A DNA stretch of 64,000 nucleotides from assembly GCA_003344405.1 (NCBI GenBank), contig NOWV01000011.1, positions 806,001 through 870,000 of the forward strand, read 5' to 3'. The stretch comes from Trichoplax sp. H2. Lineage: Eukaryota. The position numbers and the translations under genes are program-made. Within the stretch, counting starts at the first letter, position 1; the number at the start of each line of letters is the position of its first letter. The notes beneath the pieces are model-generated. The model saw only the letters and a list, made by a program, of their open reading frames with translations. It did not search any database and was not told the DNA's origin. This document shows positions 1 through 12,857 of the stretch, piece by piece.

Positions 1-62
1 GGATTTCTTATCACTACGGAATAGTAGATAGTATAGAGCTCTTTCAATATCAGATTGCATAC

Positions 63-3000
63 TCCATAGCGGTAACTCTTTCTACCAGTGCAGCACAAAC
101 ACAAAATAGTTTGAAATCTATTTCGGACAACCTTTCCATTTCCAATACCTGTTAAAGAATGATAAGAAATCATTACAGTATAACTTTCTCTGTAAATTTC
201 TTAATGAAAATAGATTTATTGAAAAGAGGTGATTGCATAAAATTTTTATCATCATTTTTTGATAGCAATCTTCAATAAGTAATACAGTTTGTATAAGAAC
301 ATTTCATGGCCTACCTTCAAGACGTAAGTTAATTGTGAGTGAGTTACTGAAGATAAAGTTGGTATCATTTTTAGGGCAGAGCCGATAGTCTTAAATACAA
401 TAATTATTACGTTAGATTCTGTCACATCATTAACCATGATATATCACCATTCTAAATACTATAGCTATTCAATTTATTATATTTACGTTATGGTAAGATC
501 ATTATGTAGCTTACTTCAGCGGCGATATAACCGCCTTCATCTCTATCATGCAATGCAAATGCAGCTGCATATACATGAATATTCTTTTTGTTGACCAAAT
601 GGAAGTAATTGAGAATATCAATTGAAGGATCTAGTGGATAATTAGTGAAACGATTAAACGAGTTAATAGATATTAGAATATTTCACAGCAGAATGCCGAT
701 AATTATATAAACTATGGCGACTCGAATTAAAATAGCATCTCAATATTAATATAAAGTAATTACTTTATTTTCAATTTACCTAAATTTTTAGCAAAGAGAT
801 GCTGTTCAGCCTTAGCTTCCCTATAAGTATTAATGATAATAGATTAAATATCAGCTATCAAGACGAAATTATGTGCAAGAATTTGATTAAAAACTACTGA
901 AGCAGTAATACATGATAAAAATAAAATTTTTACTTTATATGTAGTAGATAATATAGTTAGATTGCTCTACAGTTATTTCCTGATAACTAATCAGTAGTGT
1001 TGGTACATTGGCCGTTAAAAATTACTTAATAATGCTTTTGCTTCGGGCTTTGATATAGGCTAAATGCTTTTGTTTACGTTCACGAATCTTTGCATTACGT
1101 CTTTCTGCCGCACTTCCTGTTTTTCTGTTGCTTTTGCGAAGTTTAACCTTTTCCGTAAACGTTTCTATGATAGTAATTACACTTTAAGCATCTATTAATA
1201 ATTTCATTCCCTTCACTTCAATTCATAACCCTTGAAAGAAATATATATTTAGAATTATAATTCTGGCTTTCAAACCTCTTGAGATTGCTTCTTCCGTAGC
1301 TGGCGATCCTTCTCTACTAGCAGAACCTATATCGGCAACCTCCTGTGATGGCATCATCGCATCCCTTTCAACAAAGTTATCGACTATTTCTTCCACAGCG
1401 GATAATATCTCTTCACCATCAAATGAGACTGAACTTTCTTTCCTTGTTGCACTATCTACTACCCTAACATAGCTAGATTCACTACTATTACCACCTTCGC
1501 TAGCTAGTTCGGCCAAGGATAAAACGCTACTCTGACTAAGTGATGACTCGGTATATTTTCTGTAATTGGATACCTTTATGTCAGATTCAGACTAATTAGA
1601 AAAAGGAATTATTTTTTAGATGATTTAAAACATTGAATTGTCATCGATTTTATTTAATAAGTGATCTATCTATGATGATTACCTTCTGCTGTCGTATGAC
1701 TGGACTTTCTTTCTTTACTATCGACGTTCTGAAGGAATCTTCGCTGGCCGTACGCTTTTGTACGTCTCTCTTTTTTTCCGTAGACCTATTTATTAAAGAC
1801 AAATAAGATGTAGCTATAACATTTCCCAGGAATAATTTGTATAATTGATCCACAAATTTATCATAAATGGATGGATATCAAATTTATACTTAGCACTGAT
1901 TTTGGACTCAGATATCAATTTATTTTGTTTTATAACAGTACAGTACTAAAACATGATGATATATTCACTTTACCTTTCAGAGATTGATTTTATAGCATCC
2001 GTTTCCATATTTTTACTTTGTTCAGTATACAATACTTCGTATTGCTTTAAAATATCCTTTACAAAGATGTAGAGCATGCAGAATCAAATACTTAACACTT
2101 TAGTTCATGTCAATAAACTTGATTTAATTATTATATTAAGAATATCAACATTATTACTGTCACAAAACCGGTCAAAATCTTACTTGGATCTCATCAACAT
2201 CGACGTGATTTTCATCCTCATCTTTGGTTTGTGATTCTGCTGAGTCAGCTACAATAACCCAGTAATCCAGACTTGGCCTTTTCTCGACTGATTCACTTGC
2301 TACGCTAGGCTGTCTTGGCCGTATAGATGATAGACGGCGATCTCTTACTTTATTTAAATCGATTGAATCTTTATGTTGTTCTCTGATGATAATAGACGAT
2401 TCTTTGCTTTCGTCTGGGCTACCATCTATAAATTTTTGACCGATTACCTCTAATTCTTCCTTTAATGTCACACTGTCTTGTGATAAAAATAATTCGCTGA
2501 GATTAAAATCAGAATTATTTAAACTGCTTTTGCTGTCACTTAGCTTGCTATCAACTCGACTAGTAGCACGCTGTGTGGGCACTTTTTCGCCCATTTCAGT
2601 CGTATTTACTTGATAATCTGGACCATCCTCATGACTGATATAACTGCTTTCAACTTCCACCTCTAACGATTGTTCGTATAACTGGTGTGATTTAATAGCC
2701 TCTAAAATAGATATTTTATTGGCTGAAATACTTTCACTATGGCCTTCTGAAACATTATGATCCGTCTTATCATGGCCTAGTGGATGTTTCGCTAAAGCAA
2801 GACTAATATCGTGCAATGGGTCAGATATTTCTTCTTGAAAATGATGTGTTGATATGGTGCTTTCCAATTCATCTTCTTGCTTATTATTCTCGTTTTGTAG
2901 CTGACTTATTCTCCTTTCAGGTATCGCTTGTAGATTAGGAAACGATCTTGATATTGTATTACGACCTAATAATAGATTTTAATACCAAAATCATTTCAAA

Positions 3001-6000
3001 ATGTCAATTCTTGATCAAGCATGAAATAGAAATTATCGACGAATGTAAAAAATAAAGGCCACCAAACGCAGATGTAAATTGTATTAACCTGAATATAAGG
3101 CAATTAACTAGTAATCAGCGAAATCATGCATTCCTATTGATAGCAAAGGTTTGCCAGAAATTACCCCTAGAAAACTTACGTCGATAATTGATCCTATCAT
3201 TGATCGGCTTTTGAAAAGGCTTTGGTATAACTTTTTTTTCTGGAATAAAATCGCTAACTAAATCGCCATTATAAGCTTTATTCAACCACATACGATTACC
3301 ACTCGATGATTCGACCAGTGGAATATCGCTTAGGCTAACTGTTGGTACACTGGCTTGAGTTGGCAATTCAGTATTTTGATCCTCGCCTTCATCAGCAACT
3401 GGCGATTTCTCTTTCTGTTCCTCTTCCGATTCCTTATCTGGCTCGACAGATAGCCATAATCGGTAAAAATACCGTCTTCTTCTTTTAATGCTATCACAAT
3501 TCCCTCTCTCTGGCCGCCTACCACGATTCTTCTTGACGGCAACTGGAGCAGCAGCTAAGCCTACACTGCCTTCTAGTATACCAGCTTTGCGTGAAATAAA
3601 TTTGCTTTCCTGAATGATATCATGTGGTATAGAAACATCAGAATCGAAAGATTCCACGCTGGATAAATCAGAATCCACATAATCACATTCAGATGAACTA
3701 TCTTTTGTTTTACGCTCGTTCATAATGTGCTTTTTATACTTTCTATTTAATAGGATTCTCTCTTTAGCTGCTTGAAGTTTACGTCGACGACGTTCTTCTG
3801 CAGTAATTTTATGATTGATATGGATCAAGTCGGACCATTTTTTCATATGACCTTCTTTACCGGTCAAAATATATTCCACGTCGCAAAGTTTGGCTATAAT
3901 TTCCCATTCTTTATCTTTGTATGGATCGACTTGATTTAGATGGGTTGGTGAATATATATTGCGAGGCTCTACTGTATCACTTTTTTCCAGCAATAATTCA
4001 TCATAATACAATCTTGGTGGGCCAGACCATAAGTCATGGTTGTTTAGGAAGTAAGGAGAAATGTTACCATCATCAGCAATGTCCATTTCAAAATCAGTAG
4101 GGATCGAATCGGATAACAGGCTACCAATACTAGCCCTTTTAACTCCTTGTGGTTCTACAGTTTCCGATGTTATCCTCTGACCAGATGATCGAATAGGCAT
4201 TATTTCAGAAGCTAGTGCAAGTAGAGAATGATTTTTAATTTACCTACTATTGAAATCTGATTGCAATCCCTATATTGCAAATAGAGCAGTAATTGCGATA
4301 GCTTTTAAATTGCAAAGGATAAAATTGATGATATGAGTATTTATAATTTACGGTTCAATTTTACTATGACTGTGACATCGGTACTGGGCAACTGTGCAAC
4401 GGTGCAACTATGTATGAGCAAAGTATAATATGCTGCTTTGGATTAATTGTCACGAGTATAAATTATCTTTTAGATCTTGTTAAAATATTTTTTTATATTT
4501 ATTTCATTTAATTAAAAAGAACCGAATTCTTATGCAGTTATTTACTCTTTAATCAATCAATGAAATATGATATATATTATACCCTTGATTACAAAACGAC
4601 TATCACAATAGAGATGATCAGTTATTGGACATCCAGAAAGGCATTACACCTGTGCATTGCTATAAATCGACCCTAATCACTAATTATATCGTAATTATTT
4701 ATTTGTTTTGGTTAACAAGCAGAGTGGATTGCTTAAGTTACGATCTCACCTGATTTCAGTTGGCTTAATCTTTTGCTCTTGACGCTTTCTGTTTCAGTAT
4801 CCGTACCATATAAATAGGCATTAAGTTCTGGATCGCTACTACTGCTGTTAAAAATTTCTTGCATCATTTCTCTTCTCTTACGATATCTTTCAAATCTCCT
4901 CTTCTTGCTTTTCCAGCCTTTTTTGGTTTCATCCAGACTATTATTATGATTGTTAGTAGCTTCTTTTTGTATGTAACTTTGGAACTCATCTCTTGAATAC
5001 TTTCCATCCTTCTTACCATCTACCTGCTTCTCTTGTGATTCTGGCTGAAATAAAGCTACTTGTGTCTTAGGTTGTCTTTTCCTGATATGTGTAGCTAGTT
5101 TTATTGGTGGTCTACGCTCAATTTTCAATTTTGCAGCATTTTCTTCCTTGCCTGATGATTTTGTCGCAGACTTTTCTAAAGAAGCAACTGCTTTCTTTAT
5201 TTTTACGATATCTTTATAATTTTTGTTACGATCATCAGACGATTGTCGATCATCGAAATTTGATGACGAGGAACGAATTGGCTGATCTTCTAGTTCACTG
5301 CTCTCATCACCGCTCTTAAAATTAGATTTAAAATTAAACATGACACTCCGAGATTCTAATTTTTTCCCTTCTATACTTTTTAGTGGATGTTCCTTTAGGA
5401 TTACAGGTAATCGATCAATGAGCTTGGTAACCGTAGCAGCTTCTTCTCTTATCTTATGCCTATTTTTGGCGGCCGTCAAATGTAAATGTTTCGATGTCTC
5501 TATAGCTAAATCATTTTGTTTCTGTTTGTAATTAAACTTTCTTCTTTTCGATCGTTTACGTTCTTTCTTATGAAGCAATTCTTCTTCAGCAGCAGCGGCA
5601 TTTTTAAGTAGTTTATTATATATATTCCAAATTGTCATTTTAAATCCACGAGATGAAATGTTCACAGGATCTTTTTCTACGCCTCTTTTATGATAGGATC
5701 GACCTACACTGATAGCACTTTCAGTTGCTGCTTTATTTGCTACACTTATTGCTGTACTAGGGGCTGTACTTGTGACTGATTTAGCTTCGTCATTACTATC
5801 ACTGGAGTTTCCATCTAAGCTACCAGTGAGAGATATTCTACGTGCAATTAGTCGTTGTCGTTGTTTTAGCAATTTCATAAATTTACGACTTATACCGGGT
5901 TGATTTTTAGTCCGACGAATAATTTTCTTCTTATTAGGTCGTCGAAAATGTCGTATTTTCCTAATGTCAGCTAAAAGTATCTCTTCAGCTGTCGTTATCT

Positions 6001-9000
6001 TACGCCTACCACAACTACATGGACACACATGATTATCAGCTAATTCTTTCTCTAACCACTGCTTTTGGTGATCATATCGGCGTCGTCTATATTCATAATT
6101 TTGCATAAAATTGGAGCTGAGGCGTTCTACTTTATCGGCAGCTTTACTATAAAGCAAAGTGTTACAATTGTTTAAATCGTATCTTTCCCCCGAGCTATGA
6201 CCAGAATCAATATCATCTTTTTGGTTTAAATCTTGATTTTGATCCATATAGACATTTTTAGAGAATTCTTCTTCAACGTATTTTTTCAAGTATTCAGTAT
6301 TTTCAATGATTGCTGATAAGCTAATATTAACATCAGTCATGTCCTAGAGAAGTATTATTGAACTCTTATAGTGAAAATATTAAATCTATAAAATTTTCAG
6401 TTGTCAAAATATTTGATACTTCAAGATTCCTTACTAGTAAAATAATAATGTACCGTAGCTTATCGCTTTTCTTTGAATGATACTTATACTTACATCAAAT
6501 TTGAGTTTATTAATTTTAACAGCCTGTCTGTTCTGAACAGAAAAATCATCTTGAAGTGGCGATTGCTTATCGTCAGTTGTTGAGTATAGATCCTATATCA
6601 TAAGAATTTTTCTAAGTTTCAACTAAGCTACTATAAATTAATCAATTGAAACTGTTAAATTGATATTAGCTAATTCCTCGAAGTTAAGATAGACAGTAGC
6701 ATTTTTTATTGTAAGGATTTAAAAATAGAGAAAAGTGATCATCTTTGTGGATTTTTTCACTAATGGAGGTGGTTTATATGATATAGCATTGAACTTCACC
6801 TTAACGTTAGTGTTGTCCCTTTCGCGAGATTGACAATACTTGCAAAGTCCTTTTGGCTAAGATTAAAAATAATGGCCCAGCATTAGATTTACTATTTTTA
6901 TCTTTACACATTCGATACAGTCTTTATTACTTCAAAGCTATTTCATTATTTTGTATCCGTTACTCTATTCTATATATCTATGTATAATTAAAATCAATGT
7001 ATGAGCATAAACATACAATATCTAACTTACGTGTATTTTCCTATCACGAACATCTGAAGACGATCTCAGTCTCTTCATATACGGTGGTGCTTGGATCATA
7101 TTGAAATATTGTGAATATACTTGATTTGATTCGTTTTGCTATGGTCGAACATAGTAAAGGTTAAATAAATTAATTATCTAAATGGCACCGAAGGATATTA
7201 TGGAGATTTCATTCTACGAGAAGTTGAATTAATTTTTGTAAAGTTAAAATTCTTACTCTAATTTGCAGTTATTGCAAACTGCATCTTGTAAATGTACGGT
7301 AATCTTACCAGGAAAGCATGTTGTCCTTGTAATGAAGGTAGTTTATGCTTAAGTATTTGTAAGTAATACTTTTCACGCCAAAATCGAATGTTTTCGTAGA
7401 GATTTCTAACATTTCTGTTTTCATTTCTAGGGCTGTCATTATTAACAGATTGTTGTTCTAAATTATAATGTAGGTAATAGTTAGAATTGCGCAACACACA
7501 CTACTTTACTTTTATTAAGAATATCGTGTATTTCTCACTATCGTGAAAAAATCAAAGCTACATGCTCAGTCAAACAGTACAAGAGTCCCTATATCAACGG
7601 CAGTCTACTGTAAAGTTTTCTTTTAGACCATTCAATCTTGTTACGGATAACTGTCATCGTTGGTGCTGAATTTTATTTCAGATCACGTAGGTCTCAATAC
7701 TAATATCTATGTTTAAGTACGGCGTATTTAAATATAAATATACTATTCTTAATAATTTCGACCTTAAAAATCTTTTCAAGCGCTCAGATGAGTATCTGCT
7801 CGAGCGTTTGAAAGCTTACTACTGTACTTCAAAGTTAACGTACTATGTTCTGTATAGGTATATTTCAGAATTGATGAAATAATTATTCAATTTGATGCAG
7901 TAGCTAGTGAATAATAGTTTTAACATAAAAAAATCTCTCTTTACCTTAATTGTTCTTGTACAATCAACTAGGGTTTTAATTTATGTTACCAAATCTAGTA
8001 TTTACCGTACTTTCTCGAGCATAGAACTGATTTATTAGATGATATTGCAGCGAAAGTATTCGCTTCCAATAAAAAGTATTTATTTAGTACTATACAGTAC
8101 GGTTGTTAGTAAATAATTATTCTTAAATTTAGATCATTCTATTACTTTGATACACACTAAGTGAATAAAGCACTCTCAGTTATGCCAATAGGTCTAGCTT
8201 TGAAAAGTTTGAATGCTTAACTGTTCCTATTAAGCTAGAATGCCCTCGTGTGTACGAGTATTTCGATCATGGATAGAGTCAATCTTTTTCATCCTTTTAT
8301 CAAATGTATCCGTTTTATAGCGGTTTAGGTATAAACACATCAGTAAGCAGGATGTCTCTAAATACTACTATGTAAGTAAATTGCGTTGAAAATGACCCAT
8401 AAATCATAATTTAAAAATCCAGTATTGCTATGATTAGTCAATTCATCCATTTAGTTAATTTAATACGATGCATTTCAAATTTAATTTATAAAGCCGTATC
8501 TTAGCAACCGCATGGGAATAACTGGATAGCAAAATGATAAAATGTAGAGTAATAGCTGAATTGAAATGGCCGTAATATGAGTAAATAAAATGATTAACAA
8601 ATATTGAGTAATTCAACTTTAAAGCACTTCATGTCCAATATCAAATCTAAATACCAAGTTAAACTAGCTAATAAGTAAATATTAATATGAATCATTTTTC
8701 AGAATAAGAAAACACTTGCCATGAATGTTTGGAAATTTTGCTGATGTTAATGTTATTGGTGGATTGCGATCTCGTGCATCTGTAGCTTAAAATAGTATAT
8801 CAAATATTGAAGTGAGAGATGAGAGACAATTATTGAATCTGTATTACAATGTGAAATTTAAGCCCTGTGAAAGGTACAACACTTCAAACCATTACTTAAT
8901 TACCGTTGATTCTTGGGAATGTAGTCAGTGTAGGAGATGGAGGAGAACTTTGAAAACGGATATGTTCACTTGACTTAGAAGGCAGTGGAGGTAGTTTAAC

Positions 9001-9042
9001 ATTTATGTCCTCACGCTTGCTACGATATAATGTTTGGTGCAT
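63..9042 (-). CDS. Large (>1660 aa) mostly low-complexity/disordered protein with a C-terminal EF-hand-like pair; 3' end continues beyond the left edge
   Basis: 17 phase-compatible exons (+ coordinates, transcription order): 8904-9042, 8720-8785, 7309-7457, 7031-7138, 6800-6856, 6494-6592, 4750-6343, 3180-4211, 2184-2965, 1974-2056, 1683-1785, 1276-1591, 1026-1164, 780-820, 515-630, 315-389, 63-148. These join ORFs 4733-6340, 3124-4200, 2172-2867, 1650-1853 and 1223-1516. The last exons read FALHDRDEGGYIAAE-TIGSALKM...VLEMERLSEIDFKLFCVCAALVERV, an EF-hand-like pattern. The 5'-most exons are less certain. Confidence 0.75.
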
Positions 9043-11767
9043 TATGTCCGATCTAACTTAATTTCAAAGGTTAATAACGTAAGAGCATTCTTATTTTTCG
9101 AGAAAATTGAAAGTTTGAACGAATTCTAAGTGGGCAAAATAATAACATAACAAAGTTTCTTCCTATTTTATGTAGTTAAAATTTCACTGTACTTACATTA
9201 TATGTAGTAGCCCTTAAGTTATCAGGCTAGAATTGCAATAGTTACCATATCGTTTTTAAGAAATATTTGAGATTAATTTCTTAACAATGACCTTTAACAA
9301 ATCGGAGTTTAGATATCCTAGCAATCACGCCAAAACATTGACAAGCTAGAAACGGTATCATACCTGATAAAAATCAGTTTCAAAATTGTCACTATCGATA
9401 ATTATGGGTAAAACTTATAACTGTAGTTACGATACTAATTTTCGTTTCATCTCCTAAATAGTATCTTTATATTGATCCAAGAAATGCTAATGTCGTTGTA
9501 ATAAATGGTAGGAAACTTTATTGGTATTCTACGTCAAAACAACAGTGCACAAAGCCATATTCTGTATTGTTTGAGGACTATGGGCAAAAATCATACGAAT
9601 TGTTAATATCTATTGTTGAAGAGTACAATTATTTCTGTTCTGTCCACCTGCGATTTGAATGTAATAATGTGTGGAGACTAGTTATTAAGAAAGGTATAAA
9701 ACAATTTTGTATAACAAAATTAAATAAACTAATTCATTTTCTATGAGGGTGTTTAGAAGAATTGATAGTAGTGGTTATAGATTATATAGCGTAGTAATTA
9801 TTATGCTTGCATCGATAACTTTTATCGCGATTATTGTCGTATATTAATATAAGGAAATGACGCTGGGATGGCTTGATTAATGCTATAATATGATGATGTA
9901 ATTACAAGCACATGATACATAGACAGAATCGCAAAGCTTTATATTACCAAATGACTAATTGATTACCGTGGTATACATGTACATTATTGATTTCTGACTC
10001 TAGGCAACAAAGTAAATCTATTGAATATAATTTTAAGGATAAATTGTTCGCTTAGCTACTATTGTTAGAACGTACCGTGATGACAATAGGTATTCACTAA
10101 AAATGTTTTTAATTTAATACCGACAACAGTAATCACACTAATATCGCAATTGTGCAGCACTTAGTGAATCTCATTGTTATTAGTTAACGGAAAAGATTTT
10201 ATTTTTATTTGTGCGCAAAGTACATTTAATTGTATAGTCTTACTGGCTGATTGTATTAACGCATCCCTTTATCGTTCTACTAACACCTATACTTGTATAG
10301 TCTATTAATATAACGATTAAAAGCTAAATACTCAATACCATCATGGATAAAAATAATATCAGGATGAAATTTCATGGCATATTCATTGACAAATTTAGGG
10401 CTACTTTGATCAATGTTTTGAAGACGTTCAAATTTCGTCAAGCCTTAAGAGGCTATTCAGAGGATATACGTAAAATAATGTGTTGGTACGAATGCTTACT
10501 TTCATTACGTATTCATTTCAAGCGCCTGCAGATCAATACATACCGTAAATATTTTTGACTGTAGAATGTTATTACGCTTGACCTGTAATGGTGGGACCGA
10601 TGTCTTGATATAGTATATGTATAATTATCGTGGCCGAAAGGGGCTAGTAACGAAACATGTTTGTATTTACGAACGAGTCTATTATGAAATTAAGTCAATT
10701 AGGATGGAAATGTTATTAATTGTTCGTATCTAGTACTTGTCAATGCAAACTGATTTGTTCGGTGATAGCGATGTTCGCTTTAAGTATTTGTAATTTTTTT
10801 TATAACTATTATAAGGTCGTTAAGAATGAGTAATTCCTATGCTACTTTTGAGATAGTTGTATCATTAAAATGTCTGTAGTGTTTTTAATGCTTTAATTGA
10901 TGACTTTGTCTGTTGTCTACGAGTAAAGTCATATCCAAGAGACACCTGAGATATGCAAATATACATACTGTACTTGATTCTAATATAGCAACGAATACGT
11001 CTATGCGTACATGTAGTAACTTACTATAGGGGAGTTTTTGATACTCGTACGTATTATGGCATTTTAGATGTTCTGCTCATAAGTTTGTGTTATTGATCGA
11101 GTAAAGCCGCAGCAAGAATAAGTATACCTATATTAGTAAACTTTTACCGTATTTATTTCTTGAAAATGAGGGAAATTATGACGCGATATTATTGCCACTT
11201 TAGAGTTTACGTGTAGTGGCCGCAATATTTGGTAATATTACATAACGTTGCCTACGACAACAATCATGTTTGAGTTGGGTCATCGAGTGACAAAATAGGC
11301 TATGAATAAGAACCATTTTTAATTTCGATATTTATCTTCAGCTTGGCTATCTGTTTGATTTTATTATAAGAATGTCTTCTCTTGAAAGTTCCAGTCTAGA
11401 TCGTATTTTCTAGCAGGGTACGATGTTGGCTATTGGAATTTTCTTTGAATGATGACCTTAGCTGTATCGTCTATGTTCTCGTTATAGTCTGTTTTGAAAA
11501 GCTGCTGCATGACCGTATGGTCTGACCATACTGTCCAGTACTGTATGCTAGAATTTCTTTCAAATTTGTTGCCTGTAGGAAGACTGCAGCTGGCTAGAAC
11601 ATTAGCCGCTATTAACACGAGCACCGTATCGATTTAAAATTACGTAATACGAGATTGCTAAAGTACTCTTTGCTCTGGAGACATTAAACCCTTGAATTCA
11701 TCAAGCCCCGGTTCTCCATCCAATTCCATTGTTGATTTACTGCTTATGTTGCATATTATACATTGCT

Positions 11768-12184
11768 CAATGACGCATTTAGTCCAATCAACCATTACTA
11801 TGAATGCATGCCATCTTACAGCATTGCTTAGCATTAATTTTGTCATGCAGATGCAATCCAGCTGAGATAGACCAAAGCTCCTTCTGCAGTGAGCTGCGAT
11901 GGCCTAAGACCGCCAGTTCACCTTAGCATCCCTGCTTGAATCTTTATCAACCGCAATAATAAGACAGATGGTCTACAATGACGCATTTAGTCCAATCAAC
12001 CATTGCTATGAATGCATGCCATCTTACAGCATTGCTTAGCATTAATTTTGTCATGCAGATGCAATCCAGCTGAAATAGATCAAAGCTCCTTCTGCAGTGA
12101 GCTGCGATGGCCTAAGACCGCCAGTTCACCTTAGCATCCCTTGTTGAGTCTTTATCAACCGCAATAATAAGACAGATGGTCTAC
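11768..12184. repeat. Tandem duplication, 2 x ~208 bp
   Basis: Copies 11768-11975 and 11976-12184 (caatgacgcatttagtccaatc...agacagatggtctac) differ by only a few substitutions and one indel. Confidence 0.95.
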
Positions 12185-12363
12185 CATGGTCTCCAGTACT
12201 ATGACGTAACCATGACACTCGTGTCTAATACACGAGTTCGATTTGGAGTGTATTGACTGTCGATTGTTTTTCCACTGTCCTCCTGACAGGTGAAAGAAAA
12301 AAAAAATGCATGTTTGACTGGCAGTATTGTGCGCGGTACAGCACTGTGAATGCTGTACTGTAC

Positions 12364-12631
12364 CTAGACCTGTTTGGCGTGCTTGTGCCAGCTGACGCTT
12401 GTGGTTTACAAAGTGACCCTAGGTTTGCCTCTGACTTTACTACGGGTGACGGTGTGGACTTGAGCCTCTTTAGTGTGAGCTGCATGTATAGTACGATCTA
12501 GACCTGTTTGGCGTGCTTGTGCCAGCTGACGCTAGTGGTTTACAAAGTGACCCTAGGTTTGCCTCTGACTTTACTACGGGTGACGGTGTTGACTTGAGCC
12601 TCTTTAGTGTGAGCTGCATGTGTAGTACGAT
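12364..12631. repeat. Tandem duplication, 2 x 134 bp, upstream of TBC1D30
   Basis: Copies 12364-12497 and 12498-12631 (ctagacctgtttggcgtgcttgtgcc...agtacgat) differ at about 3 positions. Confidence 0.95.
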
Positions 12632-12857
12632 CGTCTTATACTACGCGCATAGGCTAAGTCAGTGCAGGCGTTTTCTAACCTAACGTATATGCTGATTAGC
12701 ACTGTATGATACAGTATACTATGACAATGACGTCCGTGTTACCGACGTACTGTAACGACATGGGTAGGACACCAACCCCCATCATAACCCCCCCCCCCCC
12801 ATAGACCCCGGTGGAACGGCACGGCACAGTCTCGACATCAATGGAATTGAATTCAAT

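Noticed and set aside
11400-11850. Stop-interrupted minus-strand ORFs with WTVWSDH, weakly like the retroelement RNase H TDH motif
   Set aside because: No RT, integrase or LTR features are nearby, and a single short motif is not enough to call a retrotransposon relic.
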